Source: Octopus sinensis
Taxonomy: Eukaryota
DNA length: 64,000 nt
Assembly: GCF_006345805.1 (NCBI RefSeq)
Contig: NC_042999.1
Coordinates: forward strand, 59,520,001-59,584,000
Direction: 5' to 3'
Within the stretch, counting starts at the first letter, position 1, and every line of letters starts with the position of its first letter. Both the position numbers and the translations under genes were made by a program. Under the pieces are notes generated by a model. It did not search any database. It was not told the DNA's origin and saw only the letters and a program-made list of their open reading frames with translations. Positions 11,864 through 25,702 of this stretch are shown piece after piece.

Positions 11864-12002
11864 AACATGGTTCCGGGTTCAGTCCCACTGCGTGGCACCT
11901 TGGACAAGTGTCTTCTACTACAGCCTCGGGCTGACCACAGCCTTGTGAGTGGATTTGGTAGACGGAAACTGAAAGAAGCCCGTCGTATATATGTATATAT
12001 AT

Positions 12003-12045
<43 letters not shown>

Positions 12046-12297
12046 TATATATAATATATATATATATATATGCATGTGTGTGTATATATTTGTGTGTCTG
12101 TGGTTGTCCCCTGTCCCAACATCGCTTGTCAACCGATGCTGGTGTGTTTACATCCCCGTAACTTAGCGGTTCGGCAAAAGAGACCGATAGAATAAGTACT
12201 ATGCTTACAAAGAATAAGTCCTGGGGTCGATTTGCTCGACTAAAGGCGGCGCTCCAGTATGGCCACAGTCAAATGACTTAATCAAGTAAAAGAGGAA
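11864..12297 (+). mobile_element. SINE family A, head truncated
   Basis: B box GGTTCAGTCCC, core, microsatellite, body and tail. Confidence 0.85.
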
Positions 12298-12381
12298 AAA
12301 GATATGTGTGTGTGTAGGGAGAGAAAGAGCTGCATATGCGTATGCACATACAGACATGCGCAAAGGCACATATATATGTAA

Positions 12382-12666
12382 AACGGCTTCTCGTGCTTCA
12401 CAACCTACCTCAGCTACAAAGAGAATTACATCGGTCAAACCGGAAGCTTGTTTTGTGATAGAACAAGAACACATGGATATCACACTAGACTAAACAGCCA
12501 AAATGGCTTAGAAACCGTTTCAGGGGAACATCTTGAAAACTACGAAAACATGAAATTCAAGATTTTCCCATTTTACATATTCCAAATGGATGATGCTGGA
12601 AAACAGTACAGAAAATATTAATTTATCAAAAGCTTTATTCCAGAATTTAAAACGCAAAAACCCTAG
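12382..12666 (+). pseudogene. Penelope-like element GIY-YIG endonuclease C-terminal relic
   Basis: One frame reads KENYIGQTGSLFCDRTRTH...SGEHL...FKIFPFYIFQ...QYRKY*FIKSFIPEFK (stop 12619-12621). Fits the PLE pattern ENYIGQTG..R..H / SEHL / F.IFPFY / FI..F.P.LN. Confidence 0.75.
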
Positions 12667-13403
12667 TTAGAGAAACAAGGAAAATTATGTAAAAAATTAC
12701 ATTTCCGTGTGAAACAAACTATGCCACCAACGATTGCTCATGATGTTGTGATTAAAACAAATTACTAGAAAATATGTTTTTTTTAATCAATCGCCAAGCA
12801 CAGACATAAACTTACACAATCACACAAACACACCCAGGTCAAGTACATTCTTACAGATATATAAATGCCAAAAAGAAAAGTACTCATGTCTGAAGAAGAA
12901 CCAATTGTTTAATGTCTTCACCAGATTAAAACAACAATTTATTGAAATTAATAAACAGCTAAACTTTTCTAGACTGACTTGTCATCAAAACAACAAGCAA
13001 AATTCTTTTGTTCTTTTATTCACTCTTCAATAAACAGCTGACACTTCACTATATTCGCTAAAATCAATGAACAGCTGGCCGCATTGGACAATCTTCCTTT
13101 AAAACTCATTAATTTGTTTTGTTTAAACATCTACCACACACATGCATACGCTCGTGCAAGCACCTATGCATACATATTGATAGAAAACAACAAACAGGTG
13201 GCCACACTCTTCAGACGCTACTCCCGAGCATACTTTGTCAAATTCCCAGCTCTAAGCGAACAAATTTATTAAAAAACATTTGAATTCTTGACATTTTTCA
13301 ATTAACAACTAACATCCTCTCCACCATATATATATATATATATATGAATGTATATGTTTATAGATGTATATACACGCACACATACATATATTAATACGGA
13401 GAT

Positions 13404-13442
<39 letters not shown>

Positions 13443-14033
13443 CTCAATATAAAATAGTGTACATTTAAACACCAGAGAAAAACTACTCTTTAACAGGTAA
13501 TTTTTACACGTTAGAAGAAGCAGTCAAAACGACCAAAACCACATTTAATAGCAAAATATGAACAAAATAAACTCATTATTCCGTAATCTTTGAAATTTCT
13601 TTTAACAAATGAAACCAAGGTAATTTATTATAGCTCTCTTACATCTGGCTTTCTTTTTATTGTATGAAATTTGTACTCCACTAGAGACACTCTCTCTACA
13701 TACATATAAGCTTATTAAATATATATATATATTAGCAACAGAAACAATATTAATACGGAGATGTATTATAATAATAACCCTCCGTATCAATACTGTCAAT
13801 GTCGAAGGGTCGTAGGGTCTCTGTATTCAACGCATGTATTGCATACCTTACTATTTTTCCACGATGAATAATTTTTGTGTAATATACGATTGATTATTGA
13901 TAACTTTCACTAGATTCATTGTAGTGATATATACTTTTATTTTGAATTCCTTCATTTCTTTGTATTTTCCTTGTATTCTATTATTTTTGAGAAGGAAGTA
14001 TACAAAAAGAGGGACAAAACAAAAAATTAATAA

Positions 14034-14322
14034 GTGACCAAGTAAGACAGAGAAAAACCCCAGATATTTTACTGCTTGCCTCTCTGCCTTGTTAAGTTGT
14101 GAACAGAAAGCAAATTTTTTTACTGCTTGCATTCAATTATAGTAAGGGCAGGGACCAAAAAAGAGAAAGACAGAGAAAGCAGATATTTCACTGCTTGCTT
14201 TCAGCCGTGTTAAGTTGGCAACAGAAAGCTGCTTGCTTTCAATTATAGTAAGAGCAGTGACCAAGATAGAGAAAGCAGATATTTTACTGTTTGCCTTCCA
14301 GCTGTGTTAAGCCAGCAGACAC
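14034..14322. repeat. Degenerate tandem repeat, unit about 110-120 bp, 2.5 copies
   Basis: GACCAA..AGAGAAAGCAGATATTT.ACTGCTTGC..TGTTAAG..TTCAATTATAGTAAG.GCAG recurs. Confidence 0.75.
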
Positions 14323-14514
14323 GTTCTCAACTTTTTCTCTCCTGAAGTGCTGATGTTTTTTGCTGTCCTGTGCAGCAGAGGACTTTCCTGAGGCTTTCCT
14401 CATAGTCGGACAGATTTAGACGAGAAATGCATATTTAGTCAATATACACGTTTGTTTTATTGCTTTCTGATATGTTTCCTACGATCATTCGGTACTGAAG
14501 AGTATATATTTTAT

Positions 14515-14893
14515 CTTTTATCTTCTACTTGTTTCAGTAAGTAAATTGTGGTCATGCTGGGGCACCGCCTTCAATAATTTTTAGTCTAATGAATCTACCC
14601 TAGTATTTTTTAATGCCTGGTGCTTATTCGTTTGGTCTCTCGTGACAAACTGCTAAGTTACGGAACGTAAACACACCAACGCCGGTTGTCAAGCGTTGGT
14701 GAAGGATAGAGACAAAAAGACACACATACGCGCACACACACATAAACATACGACGGTTCTTTTCAGTTTCCTTCTATCAAGTCCACTTACAAGGTTTTAG
14801 TCGGCCCAATGCTATAGTAGAACGCACTGGTAGAGACTGGACCTGGAACCATGTGGTTAAGAAACAAAATTCTACAACACAACCACACTTGCA
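14515..14893 (-). mobile_element. SINE family A, diverged
   Basis: Reverse complement of body and head. Confidence 0.75.
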
Positions 14894-16559
14894 TTCTAAA
14901 AAGATTTAACCAATGGAGAGAGAAATTTTGATCCCTTCGTATAACCTGAATTCTGTCATGTGTCATTCTGACTTTTTCTCATATCGATCGAAAAGTAGAA
15001 ACCGGTAATTTGTGCGCGCGTGTGATTAAAAGTAAAGGTTTCATCCATTTGTTCATGCCAATTCTTTAAAATTTGATTTTAAATGTTTAAAGTTATTTAA
15101 GAGAGTTTATGTAAAAAAGTAAACTTGCACTTAAATTATATGCTAGCATAAAGCTTCGATTCATTTTATAAAGATTATAACCCAGTAGAATTTCTCATAC
15201 TTTCAATCACTGCCAGGATAGCAAAAGGGTCTATTAGTTTAAATTTTCTCTCTACTTTCCTCAACTTTAAAACAGGTAAGAAGAATATTACCATTCTCGG
15301 AAAAGAGAAACCAAAGCTTAAGCTGGAAATCAAAACCGAAGTGGACAGCAAGGGATGTCATCGTTATTTCGATTGAAAGTATTTTGAATAGTCAGAAGGA
15401 ATGACGAGATGACCCATTCTGAACAGGTTTTTTTTTGTTTCCCATATCTGTTAGTTTATTAGTATAAGAACACATTTTCTCAGCTTTGAAGTAATATTGA
15501 AAATGAATAGCACTTGCGAGTGATATTCAAGACGAAATCCTTTAATTGTATAGCTGTTACAAGTGAAGGTGTAATTAAGCCAAAGATCGAGATAGCAGCA
15601 TTTGTTACTTTTACCTTTGGTGAGACTACAGACCTTCGATGGAAATCTTAGCTGTCACACGTTTTGCGAAAGGCTTCAAGAAAGGTTTTAGGGAATAAGT
15701 CGATGTCATTAAAGACAGAAGAGTTACATCACTCACAGAAGTTGTACATTATTATACACATTATACGCGTTTTGACCTTCTTTGGTCTTCTCAGAGGTAG
15801 CAGCAACTCATCCCCCTGCCAGCACTACATGGAAATACACACACTCAAACACACACACTCACACACACACACTCACACGCCCACACATACACATACAAAG
15901 GTATGTATGTGCATTTGTATGTATATATTTATATACGTGTGTGTGTGTGTGTGTGTTTATGTATGTATATATGAATGTGTATGTATATATGTCAGTATGT
16001 CAGTTAGTATATTAAAAAATTTGAAAGATGGACACCCTTCTTCACTAAGTACAAATCATTGAATACAGAACACCTGGAAACGGTACTTTTAACGCTACAT
16101 TAGAAAATCCATAAACAAAGTTATTCGTATTTTATCGACATGAAAATCAATGAGCTACGGACATTGTACGGACTTCTTCACAAATTATCAAAGCAAATAA
16201 TAATTTCATATTTCTTTACAGCATCTTCTGTTTTCTCCTTTTCTCCGTAACAAAATATTTCTAATGTCTTTTCTCGTTTTACTCAGATCGTCGCTCCATT
16301 TTCTTTTACAAATATATTAAACGCTAGTTGCTATTCTCTGTGTAACCATGCATATACTACAATAAGTAGTCATTCTAACATATTCGATCGTAGAACACAA
16401 ATATCTCAACTGAACTGTTGTTACCAGAAGTATCCAATATCAAATAGTCTATGCAAAAACTGGAGATTTGTCACGGATGCTTTATCAAAAGCAAAGAAAA
16501 TACGATACAATACTCTATACACATATCGTTAACCTTAGCGACAAAATGACGGCAGCCAC

Positions 16560-16745
16560 GTGGAGGCGCAATGGCCCAGTGGTTAGGGCAGCGAACTCGC
16601 GGTCGTAAGAACGCGGTTTCGATTCCCACACCGGGCATTGTGAGTGTTTCTTGAGCAAAAACACCATAGCTCCATGAGGCTCCGGCGGGGGTAGGTGAAC
16701 CCTACTGTACTCTTTCACTACAACTTTCTCTCACTCTTTCTACTT
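16560..16745 (+). mobile_element. SINE family C (tRNA head, CORE-like), 3' truncated
   Basis: TGGCCCAGTGGTTAG A box, GGTTTCGATTCC B box, TTGAGCAAAAACACC core. Confidence 0.8.
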
Positions 16746-16749
16746 CTGT

Positions 16750-17036
16750 CACAAAACAGAGGAACCAGGGTGTAACCCACTATGGTGTGGTAAACTTTCA
16801 GACCCTAGTCTAGATTGAGAATCCTCTGTACCCTAGGATGGTTCAGCTCTCCACCCGTTAAAAGCCACCGTTTACGGAACGAGGATAACAACGTAGCTTT
16901 CGCGCCCGTGCAACCGCCAATCTATCGCGTGTGGTGGGTGGATATTTTTAGTAGCTTAGAGTGCGCTCGAATTAGAGATTATTCTCTGTGGTTAATGGCG
17001 TGAGAAGAAGAAGAAGAAGAAGAAGAAGAAGAAGAC
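16750..17036 (+). mobile_element. Probable RTE-type LINE 3' end with (GAA)n tail
   Basis: GW..PP...RLRNED....PPIYRVWWVDIFSSL...RIRD loosely resembles an RTE C-terminus; ends in (GAA)n at about 17003-17035. Confidence 0.4.
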
Positions 17037-17278
17037 AGCAGCCACTACGACCAATTTATTTGCTGGTTGTTTACGGAAAACTTATGCCATCGGTCAATGA
17101 ACTTCAATTCCAGCGACGATAAATATAGAATCATCATGTTTGGATGTCTTTGATAAAAATGCTGCTCCATCATGGCCGACTTTGACTTAAATAACAACAA
17201 TAGCAGCGCTAATATATATATTAACAACAGAGTAGCGAGAAGCTTGTAATTCGTCACAGGTTTTGTAAGAAATAACCG

Positions 17279-17850
17279 TCAAATATTCCCAGAAATTTCC
17301 TAAACCTGATTGATAAGTATTTCCTATTAACAAACGCATTCGAAAGATATTCGACCGGAGCTATCTAAGGTGAGTTACGGCTGTGTGAGAAACGGTATAG
17401 TCCCTCAAGCCTGCAAAATTAACAAAGTTCAGTGCAAGGTAGGAACGCCATTCTATGAAAATTTGATAAGTATTGCAATGTAGAGGGGTTTATGTATGAA
17501 GTAAAAGTCAGCTCTGCAGAGTTCAACTATATCATAGATTATAATCACTACAATGGTATGTTGGTAGGTAGATATAAGCAACTTTACTTCAGCAACACAT
17601 CACACATCAGACATACAGGGAAGAAAAATAAAAACATTATCGGATTGCAACTGCTATTTAAAAGAACATTACTCTGTTTTTTGCATTAAGTTGGAAATCC
17701 TAGAGGGGAGAAGACTATATATTAAATGAATCTAAAACATGCAACATTTGTACAATTGAAAACAAATCTAAATTTGTATATCATAAAAAAAAAATGCTGG
17801 CAATTAAATAAACGCAAAGATCAGAAGCGTTTACCAAATGCCCTAATTTT
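17279..17850 (+). pseudogene. Second Penelope-like ORF relic (linker, GIY-YIG endonuclease and Cys motifs)
   Basis: Frameshifted segments SNIPRNFLNLIDKYF / KRIRKIFDR / KVSYGCVRN / CNVEGFMYEVKV / YNGMLVGRYKQLY..TSHIRH / SKTCNIC.IE / LNKRKD..TKCP fit the PLE pattern TNIG..FL.LIDKHF..KIFNR..K.SYSCM.N..YIG.TE..FK.RY..H..KRC.LCL.EK..LNKR.E..KC.H. Confidence 0.7.
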
Positions 17851-18457
17851 TATCAGAAGCTGTTAAGATTTTGGGGATTACGCGCAAATACTGGACGAAA
17901 GAAACTGGTATTTTATCATACAATTCCTTTCTTTTATCATGCATTAGCTAAATTGCTCTTAACATTATTCTTCTACTGATCTGTGACATTTTTCAGGACT
18001 TTAGGAACTACCTCACTTCTCCTTGATGCAAAGGATAAACACTTTTGCCGATTCTAAGTTCTCTGTTAAAATTTATCAATGTAAGATGAACCTATCCAAA
18101 ACGGTGTATATAGAGTTGTGCTCCTTTTTTTTCATATATCACAGTCACGGTGCCCGACTGACATTCATATGTACATCGTGTTGATTCATATTAGATGGGA
18201 TGCTTGCTGGACGTTCACCGGTATTGTACCATGCAAGTTCTGTAATGATTCTATGAGAAACTGTGACAGATTTCTTAAATTGGCTATAACGATGCGCACT
18301 TTACTGAGCAACTTCTTATTAATGGAATCGCATTTAGAGTACATATGAATGCGAACACGCATGGACAGATAGCTGTAGATGCATTCTGCTTGCTTTTTTG
18401 TTTTCTTTGCGTTTTTTTTATAGAAATATTAGTAAACACATATATACATACATATAT

Positions 18458-18860
18458 TACTCTTTTACTTGTTTCAGTCGTTTGACTGTGGCCATGCTGG
18501 AGCACCGGCTGTAGTCGAGCAAATCGACCCAAGGACTTATTCCTTGTAAGTACTTATTCTATCGGTATCTTTTGCCTAACCGCTAAGTTACGGAGACGTA
18601 AACACACCAGCATCGGTTGTCAAGCGATGTTGCGGGGAGAAACAGAGACACACAAACATATACACACAGATATATACATATATATACATATATACAACAG
18701 GCTTCTTTCAGTTTCCGTCTACCAAATCTACTCACGAGGCTTTGGGCGGCCCGAGGCTATGGTAAAAGACACTAGCCCAAGGTGCCACGCAGTGGGACTG
18801 AACCCAGAACCATGTGGTTGGTAAGGAAGCTACTTACCGCACAGCCACTCCTACGCCTAT
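18458..18860 (-). mobile_element. SINE family A, full length
   Basis: Reverse complement of head, microsatellite and body. Confidence 0.85.
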
Positions 18861-19525
18861 ATGCGTTCACTTATAGAAATAATATTTTCTACACACATAC
18901 ATACTAACATACATGCACTGTGTCAGCAAGTGTGTGTGTATGAATACATGTTAGAGAGAGAGTGTTACGTATAAATATATGTTTGTTATCAAATATGTAA
19001 AGGCACACTTAATAAACATATAGTTTGATTCTCAATGCAAATAGGCTCGGGGTGAACTTATAATGGCTGGTGGAGTTAGTCTAGCTTGTTCTTCACACTC
19101 TTCTACAGAAGGAACTTTGTTCTTTAATTACGGTATCTATTTACACGGCAAGGCTAAATGTAAGTTTATTGGACGCAAACATGCAAATTTATTTGCAAAC
19201 TTATACCTAAACACGCTGTCTGTATTTTAGTAAGTTAATGATATATAACATATGTTATAGTTAATACGCATATACAGTGCCAGTTATACGCGCACGCGCA
19301 CACACACACTTGTATATTTATGTACAAAAACACAGATCTATATAAATATATATACATATAAATACAGATATGTATATATATTTTGATGTGTATACATTTG
19401 CATGTCTGTATTTGGTTCTCCTTGTTATATGTCAGTAATCACACATACAACACAAAATCACATACATTTTAAAACACACCACATACACAAAACACACGCA
19501 CATACATGCATATGTACATAAATAA

Positions 19526-19558
<33 letters not shown>

Positions 19559-19632
19559 GTGTGTGTGTGTGTGTGTGTCTGTTTGTGTGTGTGTGTATAC
19601 ATATATATATATATGCATTATGTATGTATATG

Positions 19633-19817
19633 GGCACAGAAGTGGCTGTGTGCTTACGAACCACATAGTTCCGGGTTCAGTCCCACTGCGTGGCACTTTG
19701 GGCAAGTGTCTTCTACTACAGCCTTGGGCCGACCAAAGTCTTTGTGAGTGGATTTGGAAGACGGAAACGGAAAGAAGCCCGTCGTATATATGTATATAGG
19801 TATATATACATATATAC

Positions 19818-19895
<78 letters not shown>

Positions 19896-20116
19896 TATAT
19901 AAATGTATGTATGTGTGTTTGTATGTGTGTTTGTGTGTTTGTGTGTCTGTGTTTGTCCCCCCCAACATCGCTTGACGTCCCCGTAACGTAACGGTTCGGC
20001 AAAAGAGGCCGGTAGAATAAGTACTAGGCTTACTAGTACCTGGAGTCGATTTTCTCGACTAAAGACGGTACTCCAGCTTGGCCGCAGTCAAATGACTGAA
20101 TCAAGTAACAGAGTAA
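19633..20116 (+). mobile_element. SINE family A, full length
   Basis: Head, (TA)n, body and tail. Confidence 0.85.
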
Positions 20117-20151
20117 AATTTGCTGAGGAGCAAATTGTATATATATATTAA

Positions 20152-20545
20152 ATTTTTTTTTCCTCGTCTAGGCTTATAGGCCCTCATTATTTGTTTTCCT
20201 GTCCTGTTTCTATTCCTTCTTGTACTGTATTTTTTGTAATTTTATTTTTATTTTGTATTTGTTTTTAATTCTATTATTTTTACGTCCTGTTTTTGTCACA
20301 TTTTTTCCTTGTTTTTACCCCTCTGCAAAGGAATTTTATTTAATTCTTTCGCAGGAAGGATTAGTTCGATGAGACGTGTTCTGTCCTCACCTTCGAAACA
20401 CGCTGGAGTTGAACTAGGGACAGCTGATGAAGGGGATTTTTCCTTGTGTAGTTGTTTTGTACTCTGTTTTTTCGTTGTTAAAAAAATGGTCCGTTCCATG
20501 CTGTTTTTACTTTTTCGTTTCTCGTTGAGTTCTACGTCTATTTGT
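20152..20545 (-). mobile_element. Possible retroposon 3' end (87-codon open frame, A-rich UTR, poly-A)
   Basis: Minus-strand open frame 20296-20559, then A-rich UTR ending GCCTATAAGCCTAGACGAGG-A(n); single copy in the window. Confidence 0.3.
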
Positions 20546-20934
20546 GGTGTCCTGTACACACGTATATATATTTATATATGCATGTATATATACATGTAGA
20601 TGTAGGTACGTACATATATATGTTTGTATGTATGCATATATTTTATTTATTACACTATATATATATATATACACATATACATGTATGTATTATGTATATG
20701 TACGTAAATACATATACATGTGTGTGTGTACTGTGTACATATATCTGTGTATTCATATGCACACGCGTACGCATATGTATGTATAGTTATATACATGTGT
20801 GCTTTTCTGTATGTTCTCTAAGATTACTAAAAATATCAACAAACAAAAAAGCCAAAAACAGAAAATCACAAAAGGAAAACAAACAAGCAACAGAAAAAGA
20901 AAATCAGTAGAGAGTTAAACAAAACCAAAACTAA

Positions 20935-20937
20935 CTA

Positions 20938-21003
<66 letters not shown>

Positions 21004-21047
21004 GCTTCTGCTGCTGATGCTGATGATGACGATACTACCAAATCAGG

Positions 21048-21098
<51 letters not shown>

Positions 21099-21127
21099 TT
21101 ATTATTATTATTACTACTACTACTAAG

Positions 21128-21207
<80 letters not shown>

Positions 21208-21280
21208 AATGAAGACGACGATGGTGATGAGTATGATGATGATGATAACATCATCATCAACAACAACAATAATAATACTG

Positions 21281-21329
<49 letters not shown>

Positions 21330-21379
21330 TGATGATGATGATGATCATGATGATCATGATGATCATGATGATGATCATT

Positions 21380-21411
<32 letters not shown>

Positions 21412-21430
21412 CATGATGATGATGATAATA

Positions 21431-21492
<62 letters not shown>
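20935..21492. repeat. Compound trinucleotide microsatellite (CTA/TTA/ATA/ATG/ATC)
   Basis: Direct reading. Confidence 0.95.
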
Positions 21493-21493
<1 letters not shown>

Positions 21494-21949
21494 CAACAAA
21501 AGAAAAAAATCAAACATGGAAAACGCATGAATCGAACAAAAAAAAAGAACCTGCTATTTCGATCATTTGTTAACCAAGCATGAAGTCTAAATATAAAATA
21601 AAAAGAACAAAAATAGAAAAGAAAGAAAAAGAGGCATGTAATAATAAGAAGAACTGAAGCAACGTACTGAAATATTTTGAACATAAAACACTTTTTTTTA
21701 TATGATACCCGTGAGGATATTTCGTGTCTTTCATGTACTCTTTGTGACGTATGAACAGTACAAGACAATAAATGAGTTAGGTTTCAAAGCAGACAATTAT
21801 TTACAAATGAAAATAAAAAACGTTGATGAAGAAAATATTGAGGAAATTTCATCAAATTTCATTTATGGCAAAGCCAGCCATTATTCAGGTAGATATGTAC
21901 CTGCCAGTACAGATATCAACCTAACTAGAGTGTCTTTCTCTCGCTCTCT

Positions 21950-22410
<461 letters not shown>

Positions 22411-22436
22411 TATCTACTTCTCATGTACCTGTGCTC

Positions 22437-22464
22437 TTTTTTTTTACTATCTCGAGGTGTTTTT

Positions 22465-22510
<46 letters not shown>

Positions 22511-23595
22511 TTCTCACTCCCCACTGTTTCTACATTAATTTATTATTATTTCTTTACGTTTAGTATAGATTCTTTTTATCTTAAATAACACGAAAACGCC
22601 AATTTTCATGCATACATACATACATACGTACATACATACGTACGTATGTACATACATGCATACATACATGCAAACATACATACATACATACATACAACAT
22701 ACATACATACATACATACATGCAAACATACATACTACATACATGCAAACATACATACATACATACATGCAAACATACATACATACATACATGCAAACATA
22801 CATACATACATGCAAACATACATACATACATACATACATACATACATACATACATACATACATACATACATACATACATACATACCATATATATATATGG
22901 ATGTATAGGTATGTCCACATACCTATGAGAGTTTGTGTATGTTTTTGATCTCACTCACTTCATTCTCTCTTTCTTTCTTTCATTTTTAAAATGAAAATAT
23001 CTGAAATAAACTCGAGAGCTCTCACAGTTTATTTCAGATATTTTCATTTTAAAAATGAAAGAAAGAAAGAGAGAATGAAGTGAGTGAGATCAAAAACATA
23101 CACAAACTCTCATAGGTATGTGGACATACCTATACATCCATATATATATATGGTATGTATGTATGTATGTATGTATGTATGTATGTATGTATGTATGTAT
23201 GTATGTATGTATGTATGTATGTTTGCATGTATGTATGTATGTTTGCATGTATGTATGTATGTATGTTTGCATGTATGTATGTATGTATGTTTGCATGTAT
23301 GTATGTATGTATGTTTGCATGTATGTATGTATGTATGTATGTATGTATGTATGTATGTATGTATGTTTGCATGTATGTATGCATGTATGTACATACGTAC
23401 GTATGTATGTACGTATGTATGTATGTATGCATGAAAATTGGCGTTTTCGTGTTATTTAAGATAAAAAGAATCTATACTAAACGTAAAGAAATAATAATAA
23501 ATTAATGTAGAAACAGTGGGGAGTGAGAAAGAGAGAGAAAGAGAGAGAGGAGAGAGAGAGAGAGTTAAAAACACCTCGAGATAGTAAAAAAAAAA
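22437..23595. repeat. Near-perfect palindrome of about 1.16 kb (fold-back duplication)
   Basis: Arms TTTTTTTTTACTATCTCGAGGTG... and ...CACCTCGAGATAGTAAAAAAAAAA; centre GAGAG|CTCTC at 23018/23019; arms differ mainly in microsatellite length. Confidence 0.95.
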
Positions 23596-24050
23596 TGCTT
23601 CCCAAGCATATGATTCCGGGTTCAGTCCCACAACATGGTACCTTGGACAAGTGTTGTCTACTATATCCTCAGGCCAACCATAGCCTTGTGAGTGGATTTG
23701 GCAGACGGAAACTGAAAGAAGCCCGTCGTATACATATATATATATATATATGTGCGTGTGTATGTATTTGCGTGTGTGTGTGTGTGTATTTGCGTGTGTG
23801 TGCGTGTGTGTGTGTGTGTGTGCGTGTGTGTGTGCTTGGTGTCTCTGGTTGTCCCCCACCATCGCTTGACAACCGATGTTGGTGTGTTTATGTCCCCGTA
23901 ACTTAGCGGTTTAGCATAAGAGACCGCTAAAATAAATACCGAGCTCACAAAGAATAAGTCCTGCGGCCGAGTCGTACGATTAATGGTGGTGCTCCAGCAT
24001 GGCCGCAGTCAAATGTCTGAAACAAGAAAAAGAATAAAAGAATAAAGAAG
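23596..24050 (+). mobile_element. SINE family A lacking the A box, abutting the palindrome
   Basis: Starts at TGCTTCCCAAGC; B box, core and body present. Confidence 0.85.
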
Positions 24051-24287
24051 CAGATAAAATTAAAGAAAAAGATATATATATATATATATATATAATATAT
24101 TACCATTCTATCCTAATGGTTAGATTACAGAGAAGAAAGTTCTGAACAGCCTGAAGAATAAAATGAGGAATAAGATTAAGCTTACGTTGTTTATTATTTG
24201 AGCTTATAACGATTCCTCCATAGTGTTGTTTTGCATTTATAATAAGATAAATATATACAAACTATAAAAATAATTTTTAAAAATATA

Positions 24288-24452
24288 GGCGCAGGCGTGG
24301 CTGTGTGGTAAGTAGCTTGCTAACCAACCACATGGTTCCGTGTTCAGTCCTACTGCGTGGCATCTTGGGCAAGTGTCTTCGGCTATAGCCCCGGGCCGAC
24401 CAATTCCTTGTGAGTGGATTTGGTAGACGGAAACTGAAAGAAGCCTGTCGTA

Positions 24453-24518
<66 letters not shown>

Positions 24519-24736
24519 TGTGGTTATCCCCCTAGCATTGGTTGTCCCCCTAGCATTGCTTGACAACCGATGCTGGTGTGTTTACGTCCCCATCACTTAG
24601 CGGTTCGGCAAAAGAGACCGATAGAATAACTACTGGACTTGCAAAGAATAAGTCCCGGGGTCGATTTGCTCGACTAAAGGCGGTGCTCCAGCATGGCCGC
24701 AGTCAAATGACTGAAACAAGTAAAAGAGTAAAAGAG
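24288..24736 (+). mobile_element. SINE family A, young subfamily, full length
   Basis: Diagnostic GGCATCTTGGGC, CCCCGGGCCGACCAAT and CTAGCATTGCTTGAC. Confidence 0.9.
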
Positions 24737-24903
24737 TACTGTTTCTACTTCGCGGAATTTCACCTATCGCGGTGGCTTTTGGAACGTAACATTCGCGATA
24801 GTCGAGGGATTACTGTATGTTTAAAAACTATTTCTTTACATATTTTAGAATAGTAAAACGAAATGCAACACTGTATAGGAAAAGAAATCTTCTTTGTCAT
24901 TAC

Positions 24904-25000
24904 TTGGTAAGATTTGATGAGATATGCAAGGAAAGACAGGATCTTGATCTGGGTACCAGTAAAGTCCACAGACACTTCTTTGTTGAAAGCTAGGTTATTG
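24904..25000 (-). CDS. TRRAP: Isolated internal exon, TRRAP/Tra1-like N-terminal HEAT region; functional status uncertain
   Basis: Pyrimidine tract ..TTTTTATTCTACTTCAG|C AAT AAC...TAC CAA|GTAATG; 97 nt encoding NNLAFNKEVSVDFTGTQIKILSFLAYLIKSYQ. Aligns without gaps to vertebrate TRRAP as I recall it (QHKLYNKELYADFIAAQIKTLSFLAYIIRIYQ), about 17/32 identical; this comparison is from memory, not a search. Confidence 0.75.
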
Positions 25001-25419
25001 CTGAAGTAGAATAAAAATGAAATATCAACACAGAAGGAATACCACAAAGATTTTTAATCTTGCTTTGAGGCTGCAAAAGGATAGAAATAGGTTTAATGTT
25101 ATCTATGTTTAGTACCTCATGGATGCCTTAATGATACCTTAATGATACCTTAATGATCTTACTACCCTAGAGGAATGTATGGCAAAGATTGTCATGTTTT
25201 ATAAAACACTGTACACTCCTCAAATGATTCACTACCTACTCCTGCAAGCTACAGTTGGTGAACTGAAGTAATATAGAATTGTTCTAATCAGAAATCTATA
25301 GCTGCCTTGTATACATATTCTTCTTTATGCTCACTTACAAAGTAGCATATATTGTTTTATATATATGTACACATACATATACATATGATTATATATGGAT
25401 GTGTTTATATATATATATT

Positions 25420-25461
<42 letters not shown>

Positions 25462-25702
25462 TATATATATATTCATATATATATATAAATATATATACAT
25501 ATATATACATATACATGTGCATGAATACATACACACATACATATATAATTCGTCTTTTGTTTATTTCCGTAAACCTGCCTTCGTCTTTTGTCTATTTTCA
25601 TAAAGCTTCCCGTTATATATATATACATGTACATGCATACATACACACATATACATATATATATAAAAATAAATATAAGAGAGTGGTCATTATGTGGCTC
25701 AT

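Noticed and set aside
12884-12920. CTGAAGA-AGAAC..GTTT..GTC downstream of the PLE relic
   Set aside because: GAAA and helix I are missing; may be a decayed hammerhead but cannot be supported
15554-15619. 66-nt AG/GT-bounded open segment (VTSEGVIKPKIEIAAFVTFTF)
   Set aside because: No recognisable homology; expected by chance in AT-rich DNA
16560-16640. SINE heads as tRNA genes
   Set aside because: A and B boxes are present, but the heads run into SINE cores and I could not build a complete cloverleaf
20424-20450. CTGATGA followed by a short hairpin
   Set aside because: No GAAA or helix III; chance match
24108-24151. Minus-strand acceptor followed by AVQNF as the next TRRAP exon
   Set aside because: Good pyrimidine tract, but the peptide does not follow the expected TRRAP sequence and hits a stop
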